A DNA stretch of 64,000 bases, from positions 1,600,001-1,664,000 of the forward strand of contig CAVUVW010000013.1 in NCBI GenBank assembly GCA_963745035.1, given 5' to 3'. The translations under genes and the position numbers were made by a program. Below the pieces are notes generated by a model. That model was given only the letters and a program-made list of their open reading frames with translations. It searched no databases and was not told the DNA's origin. This document shows, piece after piece, positions 1 through 9,730 of this stretch. Origin of the DNA: an uncultured delta proteobacterium. Its GTDB lineage: Bacteria; Desulfobacterota; Binatia; UBA9968. Numbering within the stretch: position 1 is the first letter of the stretch; the number at the start of each line of letters is the position of its first letter.

Positions 1-581
1 GAATAGCCGTTGCTGTGCAGCCCGCTCGACGGCAGGCCGATCAATACGTCGCCCGGTTGGATCGCCTGGGGGCGAATGATGTTGCGCTTTTCCAGGACGC
101 CGACGACGAAGCCGCCGAGATCGTACTCGCCGGCGGGAAAGGCGCCGGGGTGCTCCGCGGTCTCTCCGCCGATCAGCGCGCAGCCGGCCCGGCGGCAGCC
201 GGTCGCGATGCCGCGCACCACCGCTTCGGCGATCTTCACGTCGAGCTTGCCGCAAGCGAAATAATCGAGAAAGAAAAGCGGCTCGGCGCCCTGGGTCGCG
301 ATATCGTTCACGCTCATCGCGACGAGATCGATGCCGACGGTGTTATGAACGCCGGTCAAAAAAGCGATCTTGAGCTTGGTGCCGACGCCGTCGGTGGAAG
401 AGACTAAAATGGGCCGGCGATAGCCGCGCCGCTGCAGATCGAAAAGCGCGCTGAAGCCGCCGACTCCGGCAAGTACCCCCGGAACTCTCGTGCGCCGCGC
501 GATCGGGCCGATGCGCCGTACCAGTTGGTCGCCAGCTTCGATGCTGACGCCGGCTTTCGCGTAAGTGAGTCCCGGGGCCAT
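1..581 (-). CDS. purM: Phosphoribosylformylglycinamidine cyclo-ligase (3' end runs off window)
   Basis: Not in the ORF track. Manual minus-strand translation from ATG at 581 gives [18 protein letters not shown]...[11 protein letters not shown], and the window edge encodes GLHSNGYS; both are PurM signatures. Confidence 0.95.
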   Translation of the reverse strand, partial: MAPGLTYAKAGVSIEAGDQLVRRIGPIARRTRVPGVLAGVGGFSALFDLQRRGYRRPILVSSTDGVGTKLKIAFLTGVHNTVGIDLVAMSVNDIATQGAEPLFFLDYFACGKLDVKIAEAVVRGIATGCRRAGCALIGGETAEHPGAFPAGEYDLGGFVVGVLEKRNIIRPQAIQPGDVLIGLPSSGLHSNGY

Positions 582-649
582 GGATGGTTGTTGAGATACT
601 GCCGGAAAGCGCCTGAATGACCTCTATCTTAGCTCATCGGCGCGGAAAT

Positions 650-1444
<795 letters not shown>

Positions 1445-1474
1445 TTCGGAACCTGAGCGAACGTAATAATCCGT

Positions 1475-2485
1475 TTATCGCGTGATGAACTGATTAATGA
1501 ATGCTTCTTTCGCCGTCACTTTCCGTCCGATATCGAAAAACTCATTAACGATCTTTACGGTTTTTTCCGTGATGTCAGGCTTCATGTAACCTAGACCTGA
1601 CTGCACAGATTCCGGCGGCAAAAAGACCTCGGTGAGAGCATTCTTCAGTTGCACGGTCGCCAGGTACTGGTCCAGCTCCGGCTTGTGTTTGAGCAGAATC
1701 TTGAGCGCCTCCTCTTGATGATCGCGCGCGTAGCGTAAGCCCTCCAAAGTCGCCTCAACATAGGCGCGCACGAATTCCGGGCGCTTCTTAACGTCTTCTT
1801 CTTTCACTACAAGGCCGGTCCCGTAGATATCGAGACCGGTGTCTTTCATGAAAATTCGATTGACCTTAATTCCGACCTTGCTTGCCGCCAATTCCGCGAT
1901 CTCGTCGTTCGAGGCTCGGTACATGACGATAAAATCCGCTTTCTTGGTCGCCAGCGCCGCCGGCTGAAGCGGCGCCGCCGTCTCCTGAATGCGAATGGCC
2001 TTGTAGTCGACCTTATTGATCCGGCAATAAGCCGGCATCAAATACCATTGGGCCTGCCCGGGACTGATCGCATAGGTCTTTCCTTCGAGGTCCTTCAGTT
2101 GTTTGATGTTCGTGTCTTCGCGCCACATGACGGTCGCGGGAACGTAGCCGAACTGCGCTACCGTCTGAATCGGCGTTCCCCGCGAGCGGGCGACGATCGT
2201 GGTGGAGATATCGGCAAAACCGAAGTCGGCGCCGCCGGCGCCGATCGTCCGCACCGTGTCCGCCGAGCCCGTGCTCGATTGAATCGTCACGTTCAAACCG
2301 CGCTTGGCATAGAAGCCTTTATCCAACGCTACAAACCAGGGCGCGTGCTTGCCGCCAATGATAAAATCCATGCGCACGTTCGCGGGCTTCAGCTCGGCCG
2401 CCCAGGCTTGCGCGCCAAGGCCAAGGACGGCAAACCAAAAAGCGGCGGCGACCATTCTTCCTATCCACTGTTCAAGCTGAGCCAT
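1475..2485 (-). CDS. ABC substrate-binding protein (NMT1/THI5-like)
   Basis: Signal peptide ending AWA; VALDKGFYAKRGLNV motif; lies between permease and ATPase. Confidence 0.9.
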   Translation of the reverse strand: MAQLEQWIGRMVAAAFWFAVLGLGAQAWAAELKPANVRMDFIIGGKHAPWFVALDKGFYAKRGLNVTIQSSTGSADTVRTIGAGGADFGFADISTTIVARSRGTPIQTVAQFGYVPATVMWREDTNIKQLKDLEGKTYAISPGQAQWYLMPAYCRINKVDYKAIRIQETAAPLQPAALATKKADFIVMYRASNDEIAELAASKVGIKVNRIFMKDTGLDIYGTGLVVKEEDVKKRPEFVRAYVEATLEGLRYARDHQEEALKILLKHKPELDQYLATVQLKNALTEVFLPPESVQSGLGYMKPDITEKTVKIVNEFFDIGRKVTAKEAFINQFITR

Positions 2486-2506
2486 GCTTCCCCTCCGGCA
2501 ACCAAA

Positions 2507-3283
2507 TTAGAATGAGCCCTCGACTTCCCGCACCGCGGCGCTCCAAGGCGCCAGCTTTCTTTGAACAAATTCCGCCAGCCAGAACAGCCCCAGCGACAGC
2601 ATCGCGAGAATCAAAAGAATCACCAGCGCAAACGCCGTATCCAAACTGTAGTTGGCTTGTAGCACCAGATAGCCGAGTCCCTCGTTGGCGGCGACGAACT
2701 CGGCGACAATGGCCCCCGTGACGGAGAGCACGATCGCGACTTTGATACCGGCGAACATGTAGGGCAAGGAATTGGGCAAACGAATTTTCTTGAACACATC
2801 CAATGCCGAGGCGCGGTTGACGCGCGCCAGATCCAGCAATTCCGGCTCGACTTCCTTCAGTCCCACCACGGTGTTCACGACGATAGGAAAAAATGCGACC
2901 AAAAACGCAATGCCGATTTTTGAAAACAGACCGTAGCCCACCCAGATCACCATGAGCGGCGCGAAGGCGCTCTTGGGCATGGCGTAGAGAATGACGATCA
3001 AAGGATAGATGGTATTCTGGAGATGGCGCGAGTAGACCACCGCGATCGCAAAGCCGACGCCAAGGACCAAAGACAAAACGAAACCGCCGAAGGCTTCGAT
3101 AAAAGTGATCAACGCGTGATTGCCGAGTATCGGCATCTTCTTGATAAACGCTGTCACAAGATCGCCCGGCGGCGGCAGGATAAAAGCGGGAACCTTGATC
3201 ACTTCGACGAGGATTTCCCACAGCACCAAGAGCGCGACGAAAAATAAAATCGGCTCAGCGACATTCTTCCAGGAAGATTTCAC
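2507..3283 (-). CDS. ABC permease (SsuC/TauC type)
   Basis: Hydrophobic helices, EAA-loop-like region, GAIVAEFVAANEGLG. Confidence 0.93.
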   Translation of the reverse strand: MKSSWKNVAEPILFFVALLVLWEILVEVIKVPAFILPPPGDLVTAFIKKMPILGNHALITFIEAFGGFVLSLVLGVGFAIAVVYSRHLQNTIYPLIVILYAMPKSAFAPLMVIWVGYGLFSKIGIAFLVAFFPIVVNTVVGLKEVEPELLDLARVNRASALDVFKKIRLPNSLPYMFAGIKVAIVLSVTGAIVAEFVAANEGLGYLVLQANYSLDTAFALVILLILAMLSLGLFWLAEFVQRKLAPWSAAVREVEGSF

Positions 3284-3300
3284 GGCTCCACTCCGCGCCG

Positions 3301-3329
3301 ACGTTAATGGAAAGACCCGGTTGTGTCAA
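3301..3329 (-). promoter_or_regulatory. Putative sigma70 promoter of the ABC operon
   Basis: Minus strand TTGACA (3329-3324), 17 nt, TAACGT (3306-3301), just upstream of the permease start. Confidence 0.5.
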
Positions 3330-3532
3330 CAAAGTGACGGGCCTCGGCAGATCCTCTTGACCGAATACGCGAGAGGTAAAGAAAGATGTCTCTGCTGTCT
3401 AAGACGCGAAAACGCACTTTGAAGTCTTTGAGGCTGATCAAATGGGTCCAAATACGAGGGCGGCGTAATTTTACAATATGATTGAGCGAGCGGACCAAGC
3501 GCAACGAAGAGGGTGGGCCTTTCTCATCAGGC

Positions 3533-4693
3533 TCAAGGTTCTTGGTGCTCGGGTTTGATCTGGCTGTGGTCGAGCAGCATGTCGCGCTTGCGCCGAATCA
3601 TTTCGCGCTCTTGATGCAAGAACCGCTCGACGGCCCGGCGTAAATTACCATCGACGATGAAGTGCGCGCTCGTCGTGTGCTCGGGGTCGAGGCCGCGTAA
3701 TTGTTTGAAGCTGCCGCCGGCGCCGGCCTCGAAGCGGCGCAAGCCCGTGCGGATCGAGTGCTCGATGGCGGAGTAGTAGCAGACGTTGAAGTGCAAAAAC
3801 GGATGCTCTTCGAAGGCGCCCCAGTAGCGGCCGTACATCGCGATCTCGTCGCGCACGTTGAACGTGCCGGCGATGATCTTGCCGCCACGCTCCGCCAGCA
3901 TGAGACAGAGATTCGCCGCGAAGCGCCGCTGCAGCTCATCAAAGAATTGCTGGGTCAGATACTGCCGCCCGTAATAGAGTCGATCGACGTGATCTTTATA
4001 GAGCCGAAACATGGTGCGCAGGTGCTTCTGCGTCAGCTCCTCTCCTTCGTAGGCACGGATCGTGATCCCGCGCTTTTCCATTTCGCGCCGTTCGCGCTTG
4101 ACCTTGTTGCGCCGGTCGCTGCGAAAGCTTCCGAGGTAGTCGTCGAAGGAGTTGAAACTGCGATTCTGCCAGTGAAACTGAATCCCCGTGCGTGGGAAAA
4201 AACCGACCGCTTCCAGCGCCTCGCGCTCCTCGGGAAGGCAAAAATTAACGTGCACGGAGGAGATCTTGTTGTCGGCGGCGATCTTCGCCAGCGCTTGTCC
4301 GAGAAGACGAATGAGCGCAACGCGGTCGGTGCCCGGCGCGATGAAAAACCGGTTTCCGGTCACCGGCGTGAACGGAATACCGACCAGCATCTTGGGATAG
4401 TATTGGATTCCCGCGCGGTGCGCCGCCTCGGCCCATTCGTAGTCGAAGACAAATTCTCCCATGCTGTGAAGCTTCAAGTACATGGGGCAGGCTGCCAGAA
4501 GCACGTCCGATCGTTCCGCAACCAGATGATGCGGCAGCCAGCCTGACTCTTCGCTGACGCAGCCCGATTGTTCGAGGCTGTCGAGCCAATCCCATCTGGC
4601 AAACGGGGTGCTTCCGCTTGCCAGAGAGTCCCACCGATCGCGCGAAAGCTCCGAGATTCTCCGAACAATTCTGATCGAGATGTCGTCCGCCAT
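3533..4693 (-). CDS. GNAT/FemAB-like protein (DUF482 family)
   Basis: YLKLHSMGEFVFDYEWA, YYPKM...PFTPVTG, MYGRYWG, LHFNVCYY; start taken at MADDISI. Confidence 0.88.
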   Translation of the reverse strand: MADDISIRIVRRISELSRDRWDSLASGSTPFARWDWLDSLEQSGCVSEESGWLPHHLVAERSDVLLAACPMYLKLHSMGEFVFDYEWAEAAHRAGIQYYPKMLVGIPFTPVTGNRFFIAPGTDRVALIRLLGQALAKIAADNKISSVHVNFCLPEEREALEAVGFFPRTGIQFHWQNRSFNSFDDYLGSFRSDRRNKVKRERREMEKRGITIRAYEGEELTQKHLRTMFRLYKDHVDRLYYGRQYLTQQFFDELQRRFAANLCLMLAERGGKIIAGTFNVRDEIAMYGRYWGAFEEHPFLHFNVCYYSAIEHSIRTGLRRFEAGAGGSFKQLRGLDPEHTTSAHFIVDGNLRRAVERFLHQEREMIRRKRDMLLDHSQIKPEHQEP

Positions 4694-4824
4694 CCAGTCG
4701 AGCCTATCATGAGTCGGCGCCCGGATAAAACTTTTGTGCCTCGGGCTCATCGCGAGCCGGCGCCGGCCGAGTGCCCTTGACAAGCGGTGCCGGCAATCTT
4801 ATTGATTACTCACCTGAACCTCTT

Positions 4825-5274
4825 ATGGTCATCTACAACCTCATCTGCAAGAAGAAGCACGCTTTCGAAGGCTGGTTTCCAAGTTTTGAAGACTTCCAAA
4901 AGCAAGCGGACAAAAAACTCATTTCCTGCCCGACCTGCGGCACGACCAAGGTGGAAAAAATGCCCCACGCCTGCGCCGTGCACGTGAAGAAAGAACAGCC
5001 AGTGCCGGCCGTGAAGAAACAGGCGGAGACCCCGAGTCCGGAGGCGCCGCCTTCGCCGGCGGAGTTCAAGGAGATGCTCCTTCGCGTGCATCATTACGTC
5101 AAGCAAAATTTCGAAGACGTGGGTCCTCGTTTTGCCGAAGAGGCGAAGCAGATTCACAAGGGCGAAGCCGAAGAGCGGCCGATTCACGGCACCGCGACCG
5201 TGAAGGAAGCCAAGGAGCTGGCCGAAGAAGGCGTGCCGTTCATTCCCCTGCCCAAGCCGGAGCTCGACAGCTAG
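4825..5274 (+). CDS. DUF1178 family protein
   Basis: C...H.FEGWF, CPTCG, EDVGPRFAEEA, RPIHGTAT motifs. Confidence 0.88.
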   Translation: MVIYNLICKKKHAFEGWFPSFEDFQKQADKKLISCPTCGTTKVEKMPHACAVHVKKEQPVPAVKKQAETPSPEAPPSPAEFKEMLLRVHHYVKQNFEDVGPRFAEEAKQIHKGEAEERPIHGTATVKEAKELAEEGVPFIPLPKPELDS

Positions 5275-5312
5275 CTCCGGACTCTTTTCACAATCTTATC
5301 GTTCTCATCCGG

Positions 5313-5340
5313 CGCCGCCGCGAGGCGGCGTTCTTGTTTC
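5313..5340 (+). terminator. Putative intrinsic terminator
   Basis: CGCCGCC-GCGA-GGCGGCG hairpin followed by TTCTTGTTTC, downstream of the DUF1178 gene. Confidence 0.55.
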
Positions 5341-5403
5341 CGTGCTTGCATTCGGACGGCGTCTGCGAAATAGAATCGTCATCCACCGAGACGGGAGAAT
5401 CCC

Positions 5404-6486
5404 ATGCTGTTGATCAACAACCAGGCCGTCGAGCAGATCCTCGACATGAAAGGTTGCATCGAGGCGCTGGAAACGGGCTATCGCGATCTTGTCCGCGAGC
5501 GCGCCAACTATCGCGGCCGCTACGATTTTTTCGTGCCCAACGACGATCCCAAACTGATGTACCGCTGGGGCACCATGGAAGGCGCTTCGCGGACCTTCGA
5601 GACCATGGCGATCCGCATGAAGTCGGACATGCTCGAATGGCCGGAAGGCAAGACCGTGGAAAAATATTGCGTCGCGCCCGGCACCTTCTGCGGCATCGTC
5701 ATGGTTTTTTCCACCCGCAACGGCGAACCGCTGGCGATCATCAACGACGGCCTCATCCAGCATATGCGCGTGGGCGGCTGCGCCGGCCTGGGCGTGAAGT
5801 ATCTCGCCCGGGAAGACGCCGGGGTCGTCGGCATTCTTGGCTCCGGCGGCATGGCGCGCACCTACTTGCTGGCCTTCAACGAGGTGCGCAAGATCCGCGA
5901 AGTGCGCGTCTACAGCCCGACCAGGAAGAATCGCGAAAGTTATGCGACAGAGATGAGCCAGCGGCTCGATTTGAGAATCGTACCGATGGAGAATCCTCAC
6001 GACGCCGTACGCGGCTGCGACATCGTCGCGACCTGCACGGATTCCATCCAGGTGATCGTCGACGACCCGGCGTGGATCGAGTCCGGCATGCACCTCACCT
6101 GCGTCAAAGCCAACGAATGGAACCCGGAGATCGTCACGAGCTCCGATCTCGTCATCAAGATGGGCCGTCCGACGAAACATCTCGATGAGGGACAGATGCG
6201 CATCGGCGGCGAAGCCGCCGTGGTCGCCGGCAACGCCGAAGAGGTCAAACGTATCGCCAATCCGAAAGTCGACATCTTCTCCCGCGACTTCCCCCTGCTC
6301 ACCGATATCATGTCGGGCAAGATCCCAGGGCGAACCGATCGCCGTCAAGTGACCTTCTTCGCCAACAGCGGCACGCAGGGCCTGCAGTTCGCCTCCACCG
6401 CGGGCTATGTCGTGCGTGAAGCCAAACGCCGCGGCCTGGGCCAGGAAATTCCGACGAGCTGGTTTTTGCAGGATATTAGAGACTAA
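5404..6486 (+). CDS. Ornithine cyclodeaminase/mu-crystallin family protein
   Basis: Rossmann GILGSGGMA, DIVATCT, G.HLTCV, FANSGTQG. Confidence 0.88.
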   Translation: MLLINNQAVEQILDMKGCIEALETGYRDLVRERANYRGRYDFFVPNDDPKLMYRWGTMEGASRTFETMAIRMKSDMLEWPEGKTVEKYCVAPGTFCGIVMVFSTRNGEPLAIINDGLIQHMRVGGCAGLGVKYLAREDAGVVGILGSGGMARTYLLAFNEVRKIREVRVYSPTRKNRESYATEMSQRLDLRIVPMENPHDAVRGCDIVATCTDSIQVIVDDPAWIESGMHLTCVKANEWNPEIVTSSDLVIKMGRPTKHLDEGQMRIGGEAAVVAGNAEEVKRIANPKVDIFSRDFPLLTDIMSGKIPGRTDRRQVTFFANSGTQGLQFASTAGYVVREAKRRGLGQEIPTSWFLQDIRD

Positions 6487-6555
6487 ACAAATGGTCGGAA
6501 CGTGCGATTCGTTTGACGAGTCCAACCGCCACTACATTTAGCCAGAGGTTGAATC

Positions 6556-7548
6556 ATGGCCCATACGCGCGTCTTCACCTCAGAGGAAGCGATTGCCGCT
6601 TTACAAGACTCGGTCCACGGCAAGGCGGCGAATTTCTACGCCATGTACTCCAGCGTGCTCGGCGGCATCGTAACCGATCCCGCTCTCATGGTGCTGCCGC
6701 TCGACGATCACATGGTGCATCGCGGCCACGCGGTGTTCGACACCGCGACGCTGACGCATGGCATGCTCTATCAGCTCGATCCTCATTTGGATCGCTTGAT
6801 CAAATCGGCTGAGGGCGCGCGGATCGCGCTGCCGTTTCCGCGCGAGCAGTTGCGCCGCATTATCTTGGAGACCGCAGCCGCAAGCCGGCGGCGCGACGGG
6901 TCCGTGCGCTACTGGCTCTCCGCCGGCCCCGGCGGCTACGCTCTTGGGCCGGCGGAATGTGTCGGCAGCAGCTTTTATGTGATCGTTTTCAAGCAAGAGG
7001 CATATCCGGAAAGCTACTACAGCGACGGTATCAAGCTCATCACCAGCCGGGTGCCGATCAAGCCGCCGCTTTTTGCCCGTATCAAGTCGACTAATTATTT
7101 GCCCAACGTGCTCGTCGTTATGGAAGCCAAAGACCGCGGCGCCGACAACGGCGTGTTCATCGATGCACGCGGTATGGTCGCGGAAAGTTCCAACATGAAC
7201 GTGGCGTTCGTCACCCGGGATCGCGTGCTGCGCCATCCGCCGTTCGACGCGATCCTGTCGGGCGTCACGATCCAGAGAGTTCTCGACTTCGCTCAGCGTC
7301 TCGTGCAGCAAGGCGTGCTAAGCGGCGTGCGCGTCGCCGATATCTCTGTAGAAGAGGGTCGCGACACCGCAGAAATGATGCTCATCGGCAGCTCGATCAA
7401 AGTCGCGCCGGTGGTGGAATGGGACGGACAGAAGATCGGCGACGGCAAACCCGGAGTGGTGACCCAAAAGCTGCTGGCAATGTGGAACGAGGACGCTGCA
7501 TCGTCACAGGACCAGCTTGTCGCCGTGCCTTACAGCGAAGGTGTTTGA
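6556..7548 (+). CDS. PLP fold-type IV aminotransferase (D-amino-acid transaminase / ADC lyase-like)
   Basis: DDHMVHRGHAVFDT, HLDRL, PLP lysine in IKSTNYLPN, ILSGVT. Confidence 0.92.
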   Translation: MAHTRVFTSEEAIAALQDSVHGKAANFYAMYSSVLGGIVTDPALMVLPLDDHMVHRGHAVFDTATLTHGMLYQLDPHLDRLIKSAEGARIALPFPREQLRRIILETAAASRRRDGSVRYWLSAGPGGYALGPAECVGSSFYVIVFKQEAYPESYYSDGIKLITSRVPIKPPLFARIKSTNYLPNVLVVMEAKDRGADNGVFIDARGMVAESSNMNVAFVTRDRVLRHPPFDAILSGVTIQRVLDFAQRLVQQGVLSGVRVADISVEEGRDTAEMMLIGSSIKVAPVVEWDGQKIGDGKPGVVTQKLLAMWNEDAASSQDQLVAVPYSEGV

Positions 7549-7589
7549 CGGCACCCATACCGTGCGGCGATTCAGATCAAGTACCAACT

Positions 7590-8463
7590 ATGCGTAACCG
7601 GATCATCGTAATTGCTGCCGCCGTTATCGGCTTCACCCTGTTGAGCGTCAACTTCCTGGCTGAGTGGAACAAAGATTTTCTTATCGGGCAGCGCGGAGCG
7701 GGAGCTGGGGCGGAGGATTTCCGTGGAGCGGATCGAAGTCACCTATTGGCCGCTCGGAGCGCGTTTGGTCAATTTTACCCTGGCCGACGATCCCGCCTTT
7801 TCCGCCGAGGATTTTGTCCGCGCCAACGCGCTTCGCGTAGAGCTTCGCCTTCTGCCCTTGTTCATCGGCCGATTCATTCCCAAAAGGATGACGCTTGAAT
7901 CGCCCAGCATCACGGTGGTTCGCGACGCGCGAGGTCGCTACAACTTCGATACGCGCGGCGGGAAAGAGAAAAACCGCCGGCGGCGCGATCGCGGCGCCGA
8001 AACGTCACCCGTTGAACGGGAGGACAGCCGGAGCTTCTGGGCGCCGGCCCTCGATATTTCCGACGGCACGCTGCGTTTCCGCGACCTGACCGACGGTAGC
8101 GAGCTCACCGCAACACAGATCAACCTGAAAACAACCGAGATGGAATCCGGCGATCCCTTTGAAATTCATCTGGCGGCCGCGGTCATGGCTGCCAAACCCA
8201 ACTTGCAACTCGTGACCCAGATCGGGTCGATCGGGGATCATCGTGACTTTCGCGACGTGCCGCTCGCGGGCGAAATAAACGCAACGGATCTCGATCTCGG
8301 CAAAGTCAACAAGGCACTGCCGCAGTTCAGGAAGGCGTTGCCCAGAGCGCTGCGCTTCGACGGCATCTACACGATCAAGGAACTCAAATTCGCCGGCTCA
8401 TTGAACAACCTATCGCTCAAGGGCGCCGTCACGGGAACCGACGCATCCTTCCGCTTCGAATGA
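7590..8463 (+). CDS. AsmA-family N-terminal domain protein (frameshift near 7690)
   Basis: N-terminal TM segment MRNRIIVIAAAVIGF from 7590 joins by a frame change to AERELGRRISVERIEV...LADDPAFS...LLPLFIG...LESPSITVVRDARGRYNF. Confidence 0.7.
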
Positions 8464-8580
8464 TACGCAGAATTTGTCGTAAACATTCGGCAACGAGGCT
8501 TGTGCAAGAAGACTGACCGACCAGATTTAGACGATTACGGTATGGTACGATCTCAGGAAAGGACTTCGCCTGAGTTTCCG

Positions 8581-9369
8581 TCAATTCGCTGCTAACTGAA
8601 CAAAGCGTTTTTTCATCTCTTCAATTTTGCTGAGATAGCGCTGCAGGCTGTGCGTGCCGCAGAGCTCACCTGGCTTCACTTTAAAACCATGGGCGGCGAA
8701 GCTCTCCCCTCTCTTCGCGCCACACAGATGAACGACTGTGGCCAGCCTTTGTTTTTGCGCCACGCTGGCCTTGGCCATACGACGATCGGCGAGAATATCG
8801 GTCACCGTCTGGTGCAAGTACGCGGCGGTCATTTCGATCGCATGACTCGGCACCGTGCGAGCATAGAGGTTATTGAACCAGCAGGAACCCGGATCGTGCC
8901 ATGGACCGTCGGTCAAAACCGCGTGATCGCGGATGCAAAACTTGCGTGCCTGAGCGAACGTCCCATCGGTGATTTGAAACATACCGACCGCGCTCGACGC
9001 AGGCCGATAGATTTCAAAGGGACGCCACGTCCACTGCCAGCGCCAATACGTGCGCGCGATGGGATTACCGTCGCTCTCGACTTGCGCGAGCGCGGCGAGA
9101 AATTCAGGTGAGACGATACTGGTGGAATGCTCCTCGAAGAGTGGGCCGTAGTTTAGCCAGGTCGATGCGGGACTCTTCGACAACGAGGCACTGATCAACG
9201 CGAAGATTTCCCCCGGCTTCCGCACAACCTGATAGATCAGGTTAATCGCAAAAAACCCAAGGATCCCAAGCAAACACCACGCCGCGATCGCGGCTTTCCA
9301 GTGAAACCGCGCATTTCTTCTGGACTTTCGCCTGGGATATCGAACGCCGCTGTAAACGGTAGCCGCCAT
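8581..9369 (-). CDS. Membrane-anchored lytic transglycosylase (SLT-like) protein
   Basis: N-terminal TM; LAALAQVESDG catalytic Glu; SSAVGMFQI motif. Confidence 0.8.
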   Translation of the reverse strand: MAATVYSGVRYPRRKSRRNARFHWKAAIAAWCLLGILGFFAINLIYQVVRKPGEIFALISASLSKSPASTWLNYGPLFEEHSTSIVSPEFLAALAQVESDGNPIARTYWRWQWTWRPFEIYRPASSAVGMFQITDGTFAQARKFCIRDHAVLTDGPWHDPGSCWFNNLYARTVPSHAIEMTAAYLHQTVTDILADRRMAKASVAQKQRLATVVHLCGAKRGESFAAHGFKVKPGELCGTHSLQRYLSKIEEMKKRFVQLAAN

Positions 9370-9489
9370 GTCAAACGATCAATCTCTCCGTCATTTGGTT
9401 CCATGCAAACTACTAGTTTGAAGCTCGATTAGTCTACTCACAACCTTGCTTTCGTTTGATCCCATGATCTTTGTTGGCACTGCGTCAGC

Positions 9490-9730
9490 GAGGGTGTTTC
9501 GTGACGTCGACGCCATCAGCGATGGGACCAGATTCCCTGACGCCATTCGTCGTCAGCTCCAAAACTGCCGAGTGTTTCTTTTAGTCATAGGTCCTGGCTG
9601 GCTCACCGTCAAAGACGAAAGCGGCGAGCGCCGACTCGATGATCTCTCGGACCGGGTGCGGATCGAAGTCGCCACTGCATTGAACCAAACTCCTTGCATC
9701 ATTGCCGTCACCGTCGGCAATGCCCGATAC
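9490..9730 (+). pseudogene. TIR_2-domain fragment
   Basis: VFRDVDAISDG.RFPDAIRRQLQNCRVFLLVIGPGWL...RRLDDLSDRVRIEVATAL...IIAVTV matches the bacterial TIR core; it lacks the N-terminal FISY strand and runs into the metH 3' end. Confidence 0.65.

Noticed and set aside
3505-3535. CTGATGAG hammerhead-like core on the minus strand
   Set aside because: It coincides with the stop codon region of the GNAT gene and lacks stem II and flanking helices.
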